Positions 51,501 through 64,000 of a DNA stretch of 64,000 bases are shown here, piece by piece. The notes beneath the pieces are model-generated. The model was not told the origin of the DNA. It saw nothing but the letters and a program-made list of their open reading frames with translations, and ran no database searches. This DNA is from the human T2T-CHM13v2.0 reference genome, Homo sapiens. The stretch's first letter is position 1. The number at the start of each line of letters is the position of its first letter. The stretch lies in NCBI RefSeq assembly GCF_009914755.1, contig NC_060940.1. One strand, 5' to 3'. The position numbers were made by a program, and so were the translations under genes.

Positions 51501-54500
51501 TTTTTGTGGAATTTGCAAGTGGAGATTTCAAGCGCTTCGATGCCAATGGTAGAAAAGGAAATATCTTCGTAGAAAAACAAGACAAACTCGTTCCCAGACA
51601 CTGCGTAGTGATGTGTGTGTTTAACTCACAGAGTTTCACCTTTCTTTTCATACAGCATTCTGGAAACCCTCTGTTTGTAAAGTCTGCAAGTGGATATTTG
51701 GACCTCTTAGATGCCTTCGTTGGAAACGGGATTTCTTCATATAATGCTAGAGGGAAGAATTCTTAGTAACTTCTTTGTGTTGTGTGTATTCAACTGACAG
51801 AGTTGAACCTTCCTTTAGACAGAGCAGATTTGAAAGTCTCTTTTTGTGGAATTTGCAAGTGGAGATTTCAAGCGCTTTGAGGCCAAAAGCAGAAAAGGAA
51901 ATATTTTCCTATAAAAACTAGACAGAATCATTCTCAGAAACTGCTCTGTGATGTGTGTGTTCAACTCACAGAGTTTAACTTTCTTTTCATTCAGCAGTTT
52001 GGAAACACTCTGTTTGGAAAGTCTGCACGTGGATATTTTGACCTCTTTGAGGCCTTCGTTGGAAACGGGTTTTTTTCATGTAAGGCTAGACAGAAGAAAT
52101 CTCAGTAACTTCCTTGTGTTGTGTGTATTCAACTGACAGAGTTGAACCTTCCTTTAGACAGAGCAGATTCGAAACACTCTTTTTCTGCAATTTGCAAGTG
52201 GAGACTTCAAGCGCTTTGAGGCCAAAGGCAGAAAAGGAAATATCTTCGTATAAAAACCCGACAGAATCATTCTCAGAAACTGCTCTGTGATGTGTGCGTT
52301 CAACTCACAGAGTTTAACTTTTCTTTTCATTCAGCAGTTTGGAAACACTCTGTTTGTAAAGTCTGCAAGTGGATATCTTGGCCTCTTAGAGGCCTTCGTT
52401 GGAAACGGGTTTTGTCATGTAAGGTTAGACAGAGGAATTCCCAGTAACTTCCTTGTGTTGTGTGCATTCAACTCACAGAGTTGAATGATTCTTTACACAG
52501 AGCAGATTTGAGACACTCTTTTGGTGGAATTTGTTAGTGGAGAATTCAGCCGCTTTGAGGTCAACGGTAGAAAAGGAAATATCTTCGTATAAAAACTAGA
52601 CAGAATGATTCTCAGAAACTGTTTTGTGATGTGTGCGTTCAACTCACAGAGTTTAACCTTTCTTTTCAAAGAGCAGTTAGGAAACACTCTGTTTGTAAAG
52701 TCTGCAAGTGGATATTCAGACCTCTTTGAGGCCTTCGTTGGAAACGGGATTTCTTCATATTATGCTAGACAGATGAATTCTCAGTAACTTCCTTGTGTTG
52801 TGTGTATTCAACTCACAGAGTTGAACGATCCTTTACACAGAGCAGATTTGAAACACTGTTTTTCTGGAATTTGCAAGTGGAGATTTCAGCCGCTTTGAGG
52901 TCAATGGTAGAAAAAGAAATATCTTCGTATAAAAACTAGACAGAATGATTCTCAGAAACTCCTTTGTGATGTGTGCGTTCAACTCACAGAGTTTAACCTT
53001 TCTTTTCACAGAGCAGTTAGGAAACACTCTGTTTGTGAAGCCTGCCAGTGGATATTCGGACCTCTTTGAGGCCTTCGTTGGAAACGGGATTTCTTCATAT
53101 TATGCTAGACAGAAGATTTCTCAGTAACTTCTTTGTGTTGTGTGTATGCAACTCACAGAGTTCAACCTTCCTTTAGACAGAGCAGATTTGAAACACTCTT
53201 TTTGTGGAATTTGCAAGTGGAGATTTCAAGCGCTTCGATGCCAATGGTAGAAAAGGAAATATCTTCGCATAAAACAAGACAAACTCGTTCCCAGACACTG
53301 CGTAGTGATGTGTGTGTTTAACTCACAGAGTTTAACCTTTCTTTTCATACAGCATTCTGGAAACCCTCTGTTTGTAAAGTCTGCAAGTGGATATTTGGAC
53401 CTCTTAGATGCCTTCGTTGGAAACGGGATTTCTTCATATAATGCTAGAGGGAAGAATTCTTAGTAACTTCTTTGTGTTGTGTGTATTCAACTGACAGAGT
53501 TGAACCTTCCTTTAGACAGAGCAGATTTGAAAGTCTCTTTTTGTGGAATTTGCAAGTGGAGATTTCAAGCGCTTTGAGGCCAAAAGCAGAAAAGGAAATA
53601 TTTTCCTATAAAAACTAGACAGAATCATTCTCAGAAACTGCTCTGGGATGTGTGCGTTCAACTCACAGAGTTTAACTTTTCTTTTCATTCAGCAGTTTGG
53701 AAACACTCTGTTTGGAAAGTCTGCACGTGGATATTTTGACCTCTTTGAGGCCTTCGTTGGAAACGGGTTTTTTTCATGTAAGGCTAGACAGAAGAAATCT
53801 CAGTAACTTCCTTGTGTTGTGTGTATTCAACTGACAGAGTTGTACCTTCCTTTAGACAGAGCAGATTCGAAACACTCTTTTTCTGCAATTTGCAAGTGGA
53901 GACTTCAAGCGCTTTGAGGCCAAAGGCAGAAAAGGAAATATCTTCGTATAAAAACCCGACAGAATCATTCTCAGAAACTGCTCTGTGATGTGTGCGTTCA
54001 ACTCACAGAGTTTAACTTTTCTTTTCATTCAGCAGTTTGGAAACACTCTGTTTGTAAAGTCTGCAAGTGGATATCTTGGCCTCTTAGAGGCCTTCGTTGG
54101 AAACGGGTTTTTTCATGTAAGGTTAGACAGAGGAATTCCCAGTAACTTCCTTGTGTTGTGTGCATTCAACTCACAGAGTTGAATGATTCTTTACACAGAG
54201 CAGATTTGAGACACTCTTTTGGTGGAATTTGTTAGTGGAGAATTCAGCCGCTTTGAGGTCAACGGTAGAAAAGGAAATATCTTCGTATAAAAACTAGACA
54301 GAATGATTCTCAGAAACTGTTTTGTGATGTGTGCGTTCAACTCACAGAGTTTAACCTTTCTTTTCAAAGAGCAGTTAGGAAACACTCTGTTTGTAAAGTC
54401 TGCAAGTGGATATTCAGACCTCTTTGAGGCCTTCGTTGGAAACGGGATTTCTTCATATTATGCTAGACAGATGAATTCTCAGTAACTTCCTTGTGTTGTG

Positions 54501-57500
54501 TGTATTCAACTCACAGAGTTGAACGATCCTTTACACAGAGCAGATTTGAAACACTGTTTTTCTGGAATTTGCAAGTGGAGATTTCAGCCGCTTTGAGGTC
54601 AATGGTAGAAAAAGAAATATCTTCGTATAAAAACTAGACAGAATGATTCTCAGAAACTCCTTTGTGATGTGTGCGTTCAACTCACAGAGTTTAACCTTTC
54701 TTTTCACAGAGCAGTTAGGAAACACTCTGTTTGTGAAGCCTGCCAGTGGATATTCGGACCTCTTTGAGGCCTTCGTTGGAAACGGGATTTCTTCATATTA
54801 TGCTAGACAGAAGATTTCTCAGTAACTTCTTTGTGTTGTGTGTATGCAACTCACAGAGCTCAACCTTCCTTTAGACAGAGCAGATTTGAAACACTCTTTT
54901 TGTGGAATTTGCAAGTGGAGATTTCAAGCGCTTCGATGCCAATGGTAGAAAAGGAAATATCTTCGTATAAAAACAAGACAAACTCGTTCCCAGACACTGC
55001 GTAGTGATGTGTGTGTTTAACTCACAGAGTTTAACCTTTCTTTTCATACAGCATTCTGGAAACCCTCTGTTTGTAAAGTCTGCAAGTGGATATTTGGACC
55101 TCTTAGATGCCTTCGTTGGAAACGGGATTTCTTCATATAATGCTAGAGGGAAGAATTCTTAGTAACTTCTTTGTGTTGTGTGTATTCAACTGACAGAGTT
55201 GAACCTTCCTTTAGACAGAGCAGATTTGAAAGTCTCTTTTTGTGGAATTTGCAAGTGGAGATTTCAAGCGCTTTGAGGCCAAAAGCAGAAAAGGAAATAT
55301 TTTCCTATAAAAACTAGACAGAATCATTCTCAGAAACTGCTCTGTGATGTGTGTGTTCAACTCACAGAGTTTAACTTTCTTTTCATTCAGCAGTTTGGAA
55401 ACACTCTGTTTGGAAAGTCTGCACGTGGATATTTTGACCTCTTTGAGGCCTTCGTTGGAAACGGGTTTTTTTCATGTAAGGCTAGACAGAAGAAATCTCA
55501 GTAACTTCCTTGTGTTGTGTGTATTCAACTGACAGAGTTGAACCTTCCTTTAGACAGAGCAGATTCGAAACACTCTTTTTCTGCAATTTGCAAGTGGAGA
55601 CTTCAAGCGCTTTGAGGCCAAAGGCAGAAAAGGAAATATCTTCGTATAAAAACCCGACAGAATCATTCTCAGAAACTGCTCTGTGATGTGTGCGTTCAAC
55701 TCACAGAGTTTAACTTTTCTTTTCATTCAGCAGTTTGGAAACACTCTGTTTGTAAAGTCTGCAAGTGGATATCTTGGCCTCTTAGAGGCCTTCGTTGGAA
55801 ACGGGTTTTTTCATGTAAGGTTAGACAGAGGAATTCCCAGTAACTTCCTTGTGTTGTGTGCATTCAACTCACAGAGTTGAATGATTCTTTACACAGAGCA
55901 GATTTGAGACACTCTTTTGGTGGAATTTGTTAGTGGAGAATTCAGCCGCTTTGAGGTCAACGGTAGAAAAGGAAATATCTTCGTATAAAAACTAGACAGA
56001 ATGATTCTCAGAAACTGTTTTGTGATGTGTGCGTTCAACTCACAGAGTTTAACCTTTCTTTTCAAAGAGCAGTTAGGAAACACTCTGTTTGTAAAGTCTG
56101 CAAGTGGATATTCAGACCTCTTTGAGGCCTTCGTTGGAAACGGGATTTCTTCATATTATGCTAGACAGATGAATTCTCAGTAACTTCCTTGTGTTGTGTG
56201 TATTCAACTCACAGAGTTGAACGATCCTTTACACAGAGCAGATTTGAAACACTGTTTTTCTGGGATTTGCAAGTGGAGATTTCAGCTGCTTTGAGGTCAA
56301 TGGTAGAAAAGGAAATATCTTCGTATAAAAACTAGACAGAATGATTCTCAGAAACTCCTTTGTGATGTGTGCGTTCAACTCACAGAGTTTAACCTTTCTT
56401 TTCACAGAGCAGTTAGGAAACACTCTGTTTGTGAAGCCTGCCAGTGGATATTCGGACCTCTTTGAGGCCTTCGTTGGAAACGGGATTTCTTCATATTATG
56501 CTAGACAGAAGATTTCTCAGTAACTTCTTTGTGTTGTGTGTATGCAACTCACAGAGTTCAACCTTCCTTTAGACAGAGCAGATTTGAAACACTCTTTTTG
56601 TGGAATTTGCAAGTGGAGATTTCAAGCGCTTCGATGCCAATGGTAGAAAAGGAAATATCTTCGTAGAAAAACAAGACAAACTCGTTCCCAGACACTGCGT
56701 AGTGATGTGTGTGTTTAACTCACAGAGTTTCACCTTTCTTTTCATACAGCATTCTGGAAACCCTCTGTTTGTAAAGTCTGCAAGTGGATATTTGGACCTC
56801 TTAGATGCCTTCGTTGGAAACGGGATTTCTTCATATAATGCTAGAGGGAAGAATTCTTAGTAACTTCTTTGTGTTGTGTGTATTCAACTGACAGAGTTGA
56901 ACCTTCCTTTAGACAGAGCAGATTTGAAAGTCTCTTTTTGTGGAATTTGCAAGTGGAGATTTCAAGCGCTTTGAGGCCAAAAGCAGAAAAGGAAATATTT
57001 TCCTATAAAAACTAGACAGAATCATTCTCAGAAACTGCTCTGTGATGTGTGTGTTCAACTCACAGAGTTTAACTTTCTTTTCATTCAGCAGTTTGGAAAC
57101 ACTCTGTTTGGAAAGTCTGCACGTGGATATTTTGACCTCTTTGAGGCCTTCGTTGGAAACGGGTTTTTTTCATGTAAGGCTAGACAGAAGAAATCTCAGT
57201 AACTTCCTTGTGTTGTGTGTATTCAACTGACAGAGTTGAACCTTCCTTTAGACAGAGCAGATTCGAAACACTCTTTTTCTGCAATTTGCAAGTGGAGACT
57301 TCAAGCGCTTTGAGGCCAAAGGCAGAAAAGGAAATATCTTCGTATAAAAACCCGACAGAATCATTCTCAGAAACTGCTCTGTGATGTGTGCGTTCAACTC
57401 ACAGAGTTTAACTTTTCTTTTCATTCAGCAGTTTGGAAACACTCTGTTTGTAAAGTCTGCAAGTGGATATCTTGGCCTCTTAGAGGCCTTCGTTGGAAAC

Positions 57501-60500
57501 GGGTTTTGTCATGTAAGGTTAGACAGAGGAATTCCCAGTAACTTCCTTGTGTTGTGTGCATTCAACTCACAGAGTTGAATGATTCTTTACACAGAGCAGA
57601 TTTGAGACACTCTTTTGGTGGAATTTGTTAGTGGAGAATTCAGCCGCTTTGAGGTCAACGGTAGAAAAGGAAATATCTTCGTATAAAAACTAGACAGAAT
57701 GATTCTCAGAAACTGTTTTGTGATGTGTGCGTTCAACTCACAGAGTTTAACCTTTCTTTTCAAAGAGCAGTTAGGAAACACTCTGTTTGTAAAGTCTGCA
57801 AGTGGATATTCAGACCTCTTTGAGGCCTTCGTTGGAAACGGGATTTCTTCATATTATGCTAGACAGATGAATTCTCAGTAACTTCCTTCTGTTGTGTGTA
57901 TTCAACTCACAGAGTTGAACGATCCTTTACACAGAGCAGATTTGAAACACTGTTTTTCTGGAATTTGCAAGTGGAGATTTCAGCCGCTTTGAGGTCAATG
58001 GTAGAAAAAGAAATATCTTCGTATAAAAACTAGACAGAATGATTCTCAGAAACTCCTTTGTGATGTGTGCGTTCAACTCACAGAGTTTAACCTTTCTTTT
58101 CACAGAGCAGTTAGGAAACACTCTGTTTGTGAAGCCTGCCAGTGGATATTCGGACCTCTTTGAGGCCTTCGTTGGAAACGGGATTTCTTCATATTATGCT
58201 AGACAGAAGATTTCTCAGTAACTTCTTTGTGTTGTGTGTATGCAACTCACAGAGTTCAACCTTCCTTTAGACAGAGCAGATTTGAAACACTCTTTTTGTG
58301 GAATTTGCAAGTGGAGATTTCAAGCGCTTCGATGCCAATGGTAGAAAAGGAAATATCTTCGCATAAAACAAGACAAACTCGTTCCCAGACACTGCGTAGT
58401 GATGTGTGTGTTTAACTCACAGAGTTTAACCTTTCTTTTCATACAGCATTCTGGAAACCCTCTGTTTGTAAAGTCTGCAAGTGGATATTTGGACCTCTTA
58501 GATGCCTTCGTTGGAAACGGGATTTCTTCATATAATGCTAGAGGGAAGAATTCTTAGTAACTTCTTTGTGTTGTGTGTATTCAACTGACAGAGTTGAACC
58601 TTCCTTTAGACAGAGCAGATTTGAAAGTCTCTTTTTGTGGAATTTGCAAGTGGAGATTTCAAGCGCTTTGAGGCCAAAAGCAGAAAAGGAAATATTTTCC
58701 TATAAAAACTAGACAGAATCTTTCTCAGAAACTGCTCTGGGATGTGTGCGTTCAACTCCCAGATTTTAACTTTTCTTTTCATTCAGCAGTTTGGAAACAC
58801 TCTGTTTGGAAAGTCTGCACGTGGATATTTTGACCTCTTTGAGGCCTTCGTTGGAAACGGGTTTTTTTCATGTAAGGCTAGACAGAAGAAATCTCAGTAA
58901 CTTCCTTGTGTTGCGTGTATTCAACTGACAGAGTTGAACCTTCCTTTAGACAGAGCAGATTCGAAACACTCTTTTTCTGCAATTTGCAAGTGGAGACTTC
59001 AAGCGCTTTGAGGCCAAAGGCAGAAAAGGAAATATCTTCGTATAAAAACCCGACAGAATCATTCTCAGAAACTGCTCTGTGATGTGTGCGTTCAACTCAC
59101 AGAGTTTAACTTTTCTTTTCATTCAGCAGTTTGGAAACACTCTGTTTGTAAAGTCTGCAAGTGGATATCTTGGCCTCTTAGAGGCCTTCGTTGGAAACGG
59201 GTTTTTTCATGTAAGGTTAGACAGAGGAATTCCCAGTAACTTCCTTGTGTTGTGTGCATTCAACTCACAGAGTTGAATGATTCTTTACACAGAGCAGATT
59301 TGAGACACTCTTTTGGTGGAATTTGTTAGTGGAGAATTCAGCCGCTTTGAGGTCAACGGTAGAAAAGGAAATATCTTCGTATAAAAACTAGACAGAATGA
59401 TTCTCAGAAACTGTTTTGTGATGTGTGCGTTCAACTCACAGAGTTTAACCTTTCTTTTCAAAGAGCAGTTAGGAAACACTCTGTTTGTAAAGTCTGCAAG
59501 TGGATATTCAGACCTCTTTGAGGCCTTCGTTGGAAACGGGATTTCTTCATATTATGCTAGACAGATGAATTCTCAGTAACTTCCTTGTGTTGTGTGTATT
59601 CAACTCACAGAGTTGAACGATCCTTTACACAGAGCAGATTTGAAACACTGTTTTTCTGGAATTTGCAAGTGGAGATTTCAGCCGCTTTGAGGTCAATGGT
59701 AGAAAAAGAAATATCTTCGTATAAAAACTAGACAGAATGATTCTCAGAAACTCCTTTGTGATGTGTGCGTTCAACTCACAGAGTTTAACCTTTCTTTTCA
59801 CAGAGCAGTTAGGAAACACTCTGTTTGTGAAGCCTGCCAGTGGATATTCGGACCTCTTTGAGGCCTTCGTTGGAAACGGGATTTCTTCATATTATGCTAG
59901 ACAGAAGATTTCTCAGTAACTTCTTTGTGTTGTGTGTATGCAACTCACAGAGTTCAACCTTCCTTTAGACAGAGCAGATTTGAAACACTCTTTTTGTGGA
60001 ATTTGCAAGTGGAGATTTCAAGCGCTTCGATGCCAATGGTAGAAAAGGAAATATCTTCGTATAAAAACAAGACAAACTCGTTCCCAGACACTGCGTAGTG
60101 ATGTGTGTGTTTAACTCACAGAGTTTAACCTTTCTTTTCATACAGCATTCTGGAAACCCTCTGTTTGTAAAGTCTGCAAGTGGATATTTGGACCTCTTAG
60201 ATGCCTTCGTTGGAAACGGGATTTCTTCATATAATGCTAGAGGGAAGAATTCTTAGTAACTTCTTTGTGTTGTGTGTATTCAACTGACAGAGTTGAACCT
60301 TCCTTTAGACAGAGCAGATTTGAAAGTCTCTTTTTGTGGAATTTGCAAGTGGAGATTTCAAGCGCTTTGAGGCCAAAAGCAGAAAAGGAAATGTTTTCCT
60401 ATAAAAACTAGACAGAATCATTCTCAGAAACTGCTCTGTGATGTGTGTGTTCAACTCACAGAGTTTAACTTTCTTTTCATTCAGCAGTTTGGAAACACTC

Positions 60501-63500
60501 TGTTTGGAAAGTCTGCACGTGGATATTTTGACCTCTTTGAGGCCTTCGTTGGAAACGGGTTTTTTTCATGTAACGCTAGACAGAAGAAATCTCAGTAACT
60601 TCCTTGTGTTGTGTGTATTCAACTGACAGAGTTGAACCTTCCTTTAGACAGAGCAGATTCGAAACACTCTTTTTCTGCAATTTGCAAGTGGAGACTTCAA
60701 GCGCTTTGAGGCCAAAGGCAGAAAAGGAAATATCTTCGTATAAAAACCCGACAGAATCATTCTCAGAAACTGCTCTGTGATGTGTGCGTTCAACTCACAG
60801 AGTTTAACTTTTCTTTTCATTCAGCAGTTTGGAAACACTCTGTTTGTAAAGTCTGCAAGTGGATATCTTGGCCTCTTAGAGGCCTTCGTTGGAAACGGGT
60901 TTTTTCATGTAAGGTTAGACAGAGGAATTCCCAGTAACTTCCTTGTGTTGTGTGCATTCAACTCACAGAGTTGAATGATTCTTTACACAGAGCAGATTTG
61001 AGACACTCTTTTGGTGGAATTTGTAAGTGGAGAATTCAGCCGCTTTGAGGTCAACGGTAGAAAAGGAAATATCTTCGTATAAAAACTAGACAGAATGATT
61101 CTCAGAAACTGTTTTGTGATGTGTGCGTTCAACTCACAGAGTTTAACCTTTCTTTTCAAAGAGCAGTTAGGAAACACTCTGTTTGTAAAGTCTGCAAGTG
61201 GATATTCAGACCTCTTTGAGGCCTTCGTTGGAAACGGGATTTCTTCATATTATGCTAGACAGATGAATTCTCAGTAACTTCCTTGTGTTGTGTGTATTCA
61301 ACTCACAGAGTTGAACGATCCTTTACACAGAGCAGATTTGAAACACTGTTTTTCTGGAATTTGCAAGTGGAGATTTCAGCCGCTTTGAGGTCAATGGTAG
61401 AAAAAGGAATATCATCGTATAAAAACTAGACAGAATGATTCTCAGAAACTCCTTTGTGATGTGTGCGTTCAACTCACAGAGTTTAACCTTTCTTTTCACA
61501 GAGCAGTTAGGAAACACTCTGTTTGTGAAGCCTGCCAGTGGATATTCGGACCTCTTTGAGGCCTTCGTTGGAAACGGGATTTCTTCATATTATGCTAGAC
61601 AGAAGATTTCTCAGTAACTTCTTTGTGTTGTGTGTATGCAACTCACAGAGTTCAACCTTCCTTTAGACAGAGCAGATTTGAAACACTCTTTTTGTGGAAT
61701 TTGCAAGTGGAGATTTCAAGCGCTTCGATGCCAATGGTAGAAAAGGAAATATCTTCGTATAAAAACAAGACAAACTCGTTCCCAGACACTGCGTAGTGAT
61801 GTGTGTGTTTAACTCACAGAGTTTCACCTTTCTTTTCATACAGCATTCTGGAAACCCTCTGTTTGTAAAGTCTGCAAGTGGATATTTGGACCTCTTAGAT
61901 GCCTTCGTTGGAAACGGGATTTCTTCATATAATGCTAGAGGGAAGAATTCTTAGTAACTTCTTTGTGTTGTGTGTATTCAACTGACAGAGTTGAACCTTC
62001 CTTTAGACAGAGCAGATTTGAAAGTCTCTTTTTGTGGAATTTGCAAGTGGAGATTTCAAGCGCTTTGAGGCCAAAAGCAGAAAAGGAAATATTTTCCTAT
62101 AAAAACTAGACAGAATCATTCTCAGAAACTGCTCTGTGATGTGTGTGTTCAACTCACAGAGTTTAACTTTCTTTTCATTCAGCAGTTTGGAAACACTCTG
62201 TTTGGAAAGTCTGCACGTGGATATTTTGACCTCTTTGAGGCCTTCGTTGGAAACGGGTTTTTTTCATGTAAGGCTAGACAGAAGAAATCTCAGTAACTTC
62301 CTTGTGTTGTGTGTATTCAACTGACAGAGTTGAACCTTCCTTTAGACAGAGCAGATTCGAAACACTCTTTTTCTGCAATTTGCAAGTGGAGACTTCAAGC
62401 GCTTTGAGGCCAAAGGCAGAAAAGGAAATATCTTCGTATAAAAACCCGACAGAATCATTCTCAGAAACTGCTCTGTGATGTGTGCGTTCAACTCACAGAG
62501 TTTAACTTTTCTTTTCATTCAGCAGTTTGGAAACACTCTGTTTGTAAAGTCTGCAAGTGGATATCTTGGCCTCTTAGAGGCCTTCGTTGGAAACGGGTTT
62601 TTTCATGTAAGGTTAGACAGAGGAATTCCCAGTAACTTCCTTGTGTTGTGTGCATTCAACTCACAGAGTTGAATGATTCTTTACACAGAGCAGATTTGAG
62701 ACACTCTTTTGGTGGAATTTGTAAGTGGAGAATTCAGCCGCTTTGAGGTCAACGGTAGAAAAGGAAATATCTTCGTATAAAAACTAGACAGAATGATTCT
62801 CAGAAACTGTTTTGTGATGTGTGCGTTCAACTCACAGAGTTTAACCTTTCTTTTCAAAGAGCAGTTAGGAAACACTCTGTTTGTAAAGTCTGCAAGTGGA
62901 TATTCAGACCTCTTTGAGGCCTTCGTTGGAAACGGGATTTCTTCATATTATGCTAGACAGATGAATTCTCAGTAACTTCCTTGTGTTGTGTGTATTCAAC
63001 TCACAGAGTTGAACGATCCTTTACACAGAGCAGATTTGAAACACTGTTTTTCTGGAATTTGCAAGTGGAGATTTCAGCCGCTTTGAGGTCAATGGTAGAA
63101 AAAGAAATATCTTCGTATAAAAACTAGACAGAATGATTCTCAGAAACTCCTTTGTGATGTGTGCGTTCAACTCACAGAGTTTAACCTTTCTTTTCACAGA
63201 GCAGTTAGGAAACACTCTGTTTGTGAAGCCTGCCAGTGGATATTCGGACCTCTTTGAGGCCTTCGTTGGAAACGGGATTTCTTCATATTATGCTAGACAG
63301 AAGATTTCTCAGTAACTTCTTTGTGTTGTGTGTATGCAACTCACAGAGTTCAACCTTCCTTTAGACAGAGCAGATTTGAAACACTCTTTTTGTGGAATTT
63401 GCAAGTGGAGATTTCAAGCGCTTCGATGCCAATGGTAGAAAAGGAAATATCTTCGTATAAAAACAAGACAAACTCGTTCCCAGACACTGCGTAGTGATGT

Positions 63501-64000
63501 GTGTGTTTAACTCACAGAGTTTCACCTTTCTTTTCATACAGCATTCTGGAAACCCTCTGTTTGTAAAGTCTGCAAGTGGATATTTGGACCTCTTAGATGC
63601 CTTCGTTGGAAACGGGATTTCTTCATATAATGCTAGAGGGAAGAATTCTTAGTAACTTCTTTGTGTTGTGTGTATTCAACTGACAGAGTTGAACCTTCCT
63701 TTAGACAGAGCAGATTTGAAAGTCTCTTTTTGTGGAATTTGCAAGTGGAGATTTCAAGCGCTTTGAGGCCAAAAGCAGAAAAGGAAATGTTTTCCTATAA
63801 AAACTAGACAGAATCTTTCTCAGAAACTGCTCTGGGATGTGTGCGTTCAACTCACAGAGTTTAACTTTTCTTTTCATTCAGCAGTTTGGAAACACTCTGT
63901 TTGGAAAGTCTGCACGTGGATATTTTGACCTCTTTGAGGCCTTCGTTGGAAACGGGTTTTTTTCATGTAAGGCTAGACAGAAGAAATCTCAGTAACTTCC

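Larger units (their letters stand above)
1..64000 (+). repeat. Alpha-satellite higher-order repeat array, SF1 dimeric type, 10-mer HOR of 1697-1699 bp (~37.7 copies); most likely human chr16 D16Z2 (S1C16H1L)
   Basis: Seen: alpha-satellite motifs (AACTCACAGAGTT, TTTGAAACACTC, CTTTGAGGCC, CTAGACAGAA) recur every ~170 bp. HOR-unique landmarks (AAACAAGACAAACTCGTTCCCAGACACTGCGTAG; AAAACCCGACAG) recur every 1697-1699 bp, as does the ORF track (1345, 3044, 4742, 6439 ... 62475). Known: CENP-B boxes in alternate monomers with a 340 bp dimer are typical of the dimeric families, the monomers resemble SF1 J1/J2, and the 1.7 kb 10-mer SF1 HOR is D16Z2. The chromosome assignment is less certain (~0.8) than the repeat call. 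Confidence 0.98.

Noticed and set aside
193-63315. About 180 short ORFs (60-87 aa) on both strands
   Set aside because: They recur with the HOR period, overlap on opposite strands, often begin at GTG/TTG, appear or vanish with single indels, and resemble no real protein family. They are typical spurious alpha-satellite translations.
93-63957. Regularly spaced conserved motif resembling a CRISPR repeat array
   Set aside because: The intervening sequences are ~320 bp of satellite rather than unique spacers, no cas genes are present, and the motif is the CENP-B box.
1-64000. Transposon insertion (L1/Alu), inversion or non-satellite island
   Set aside because: HOR spacing stays at 1697-1699 bp and all CENP-B boxes are on the + strand, leaving no room for an insertion or strand switch.
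1-64000. Synthetic Markov-model centromere sequence (GRCh38-style)
   Set aside because: Rare variants stay linked in order over 5-15 kb, which a short-range model would not be expected to produce. This fits a long-read assembly.

Overview
The whole 64 kb window is uninterrupted, single-orientation primate centromeric alpha-satellite DNA. There are no credible genes, RNA genes, transposon insertions or inversions, and all listed ORFs are by-products of the repeat. The ~170 bp monomers alternate as CENP-B-box and A-type monomers in a ~340 bp dimer (suprachromosomal family 1 pattern). Five dimers form a 10-monomer higher-order repeat (HOR) of 1697-1699 bp, present in about 37.7 copies that are nearly identical. 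A 1.7 kb 10-mer SF1 HOR best matches the live human chromosome 16 array D16Z2 (S1C16H1L); this is recalled knowledge, not a database check. I did not find a new gene system. The informative signal lies in shared SNVs and indels between HOR copies. These reveal nested super-repeats (1-, 3-, 5- and 9-HOR duplications with offsets 1697, 5094, 8489 and 15283 bp), a switch in variant sets at about 14-20 kb, recombinant HOR copies, variants that look copied out of register between dimers, and CENP-B boxes with no visible change. Copies are called U1..U38, with starts 193, 1891, 3590, 5288, 6985, 8682, 10380, 12079, 13777, 15474, 17172, 18870, 20569, 22267 ... 63021. All variant lists were made by eye and may be incomplete.
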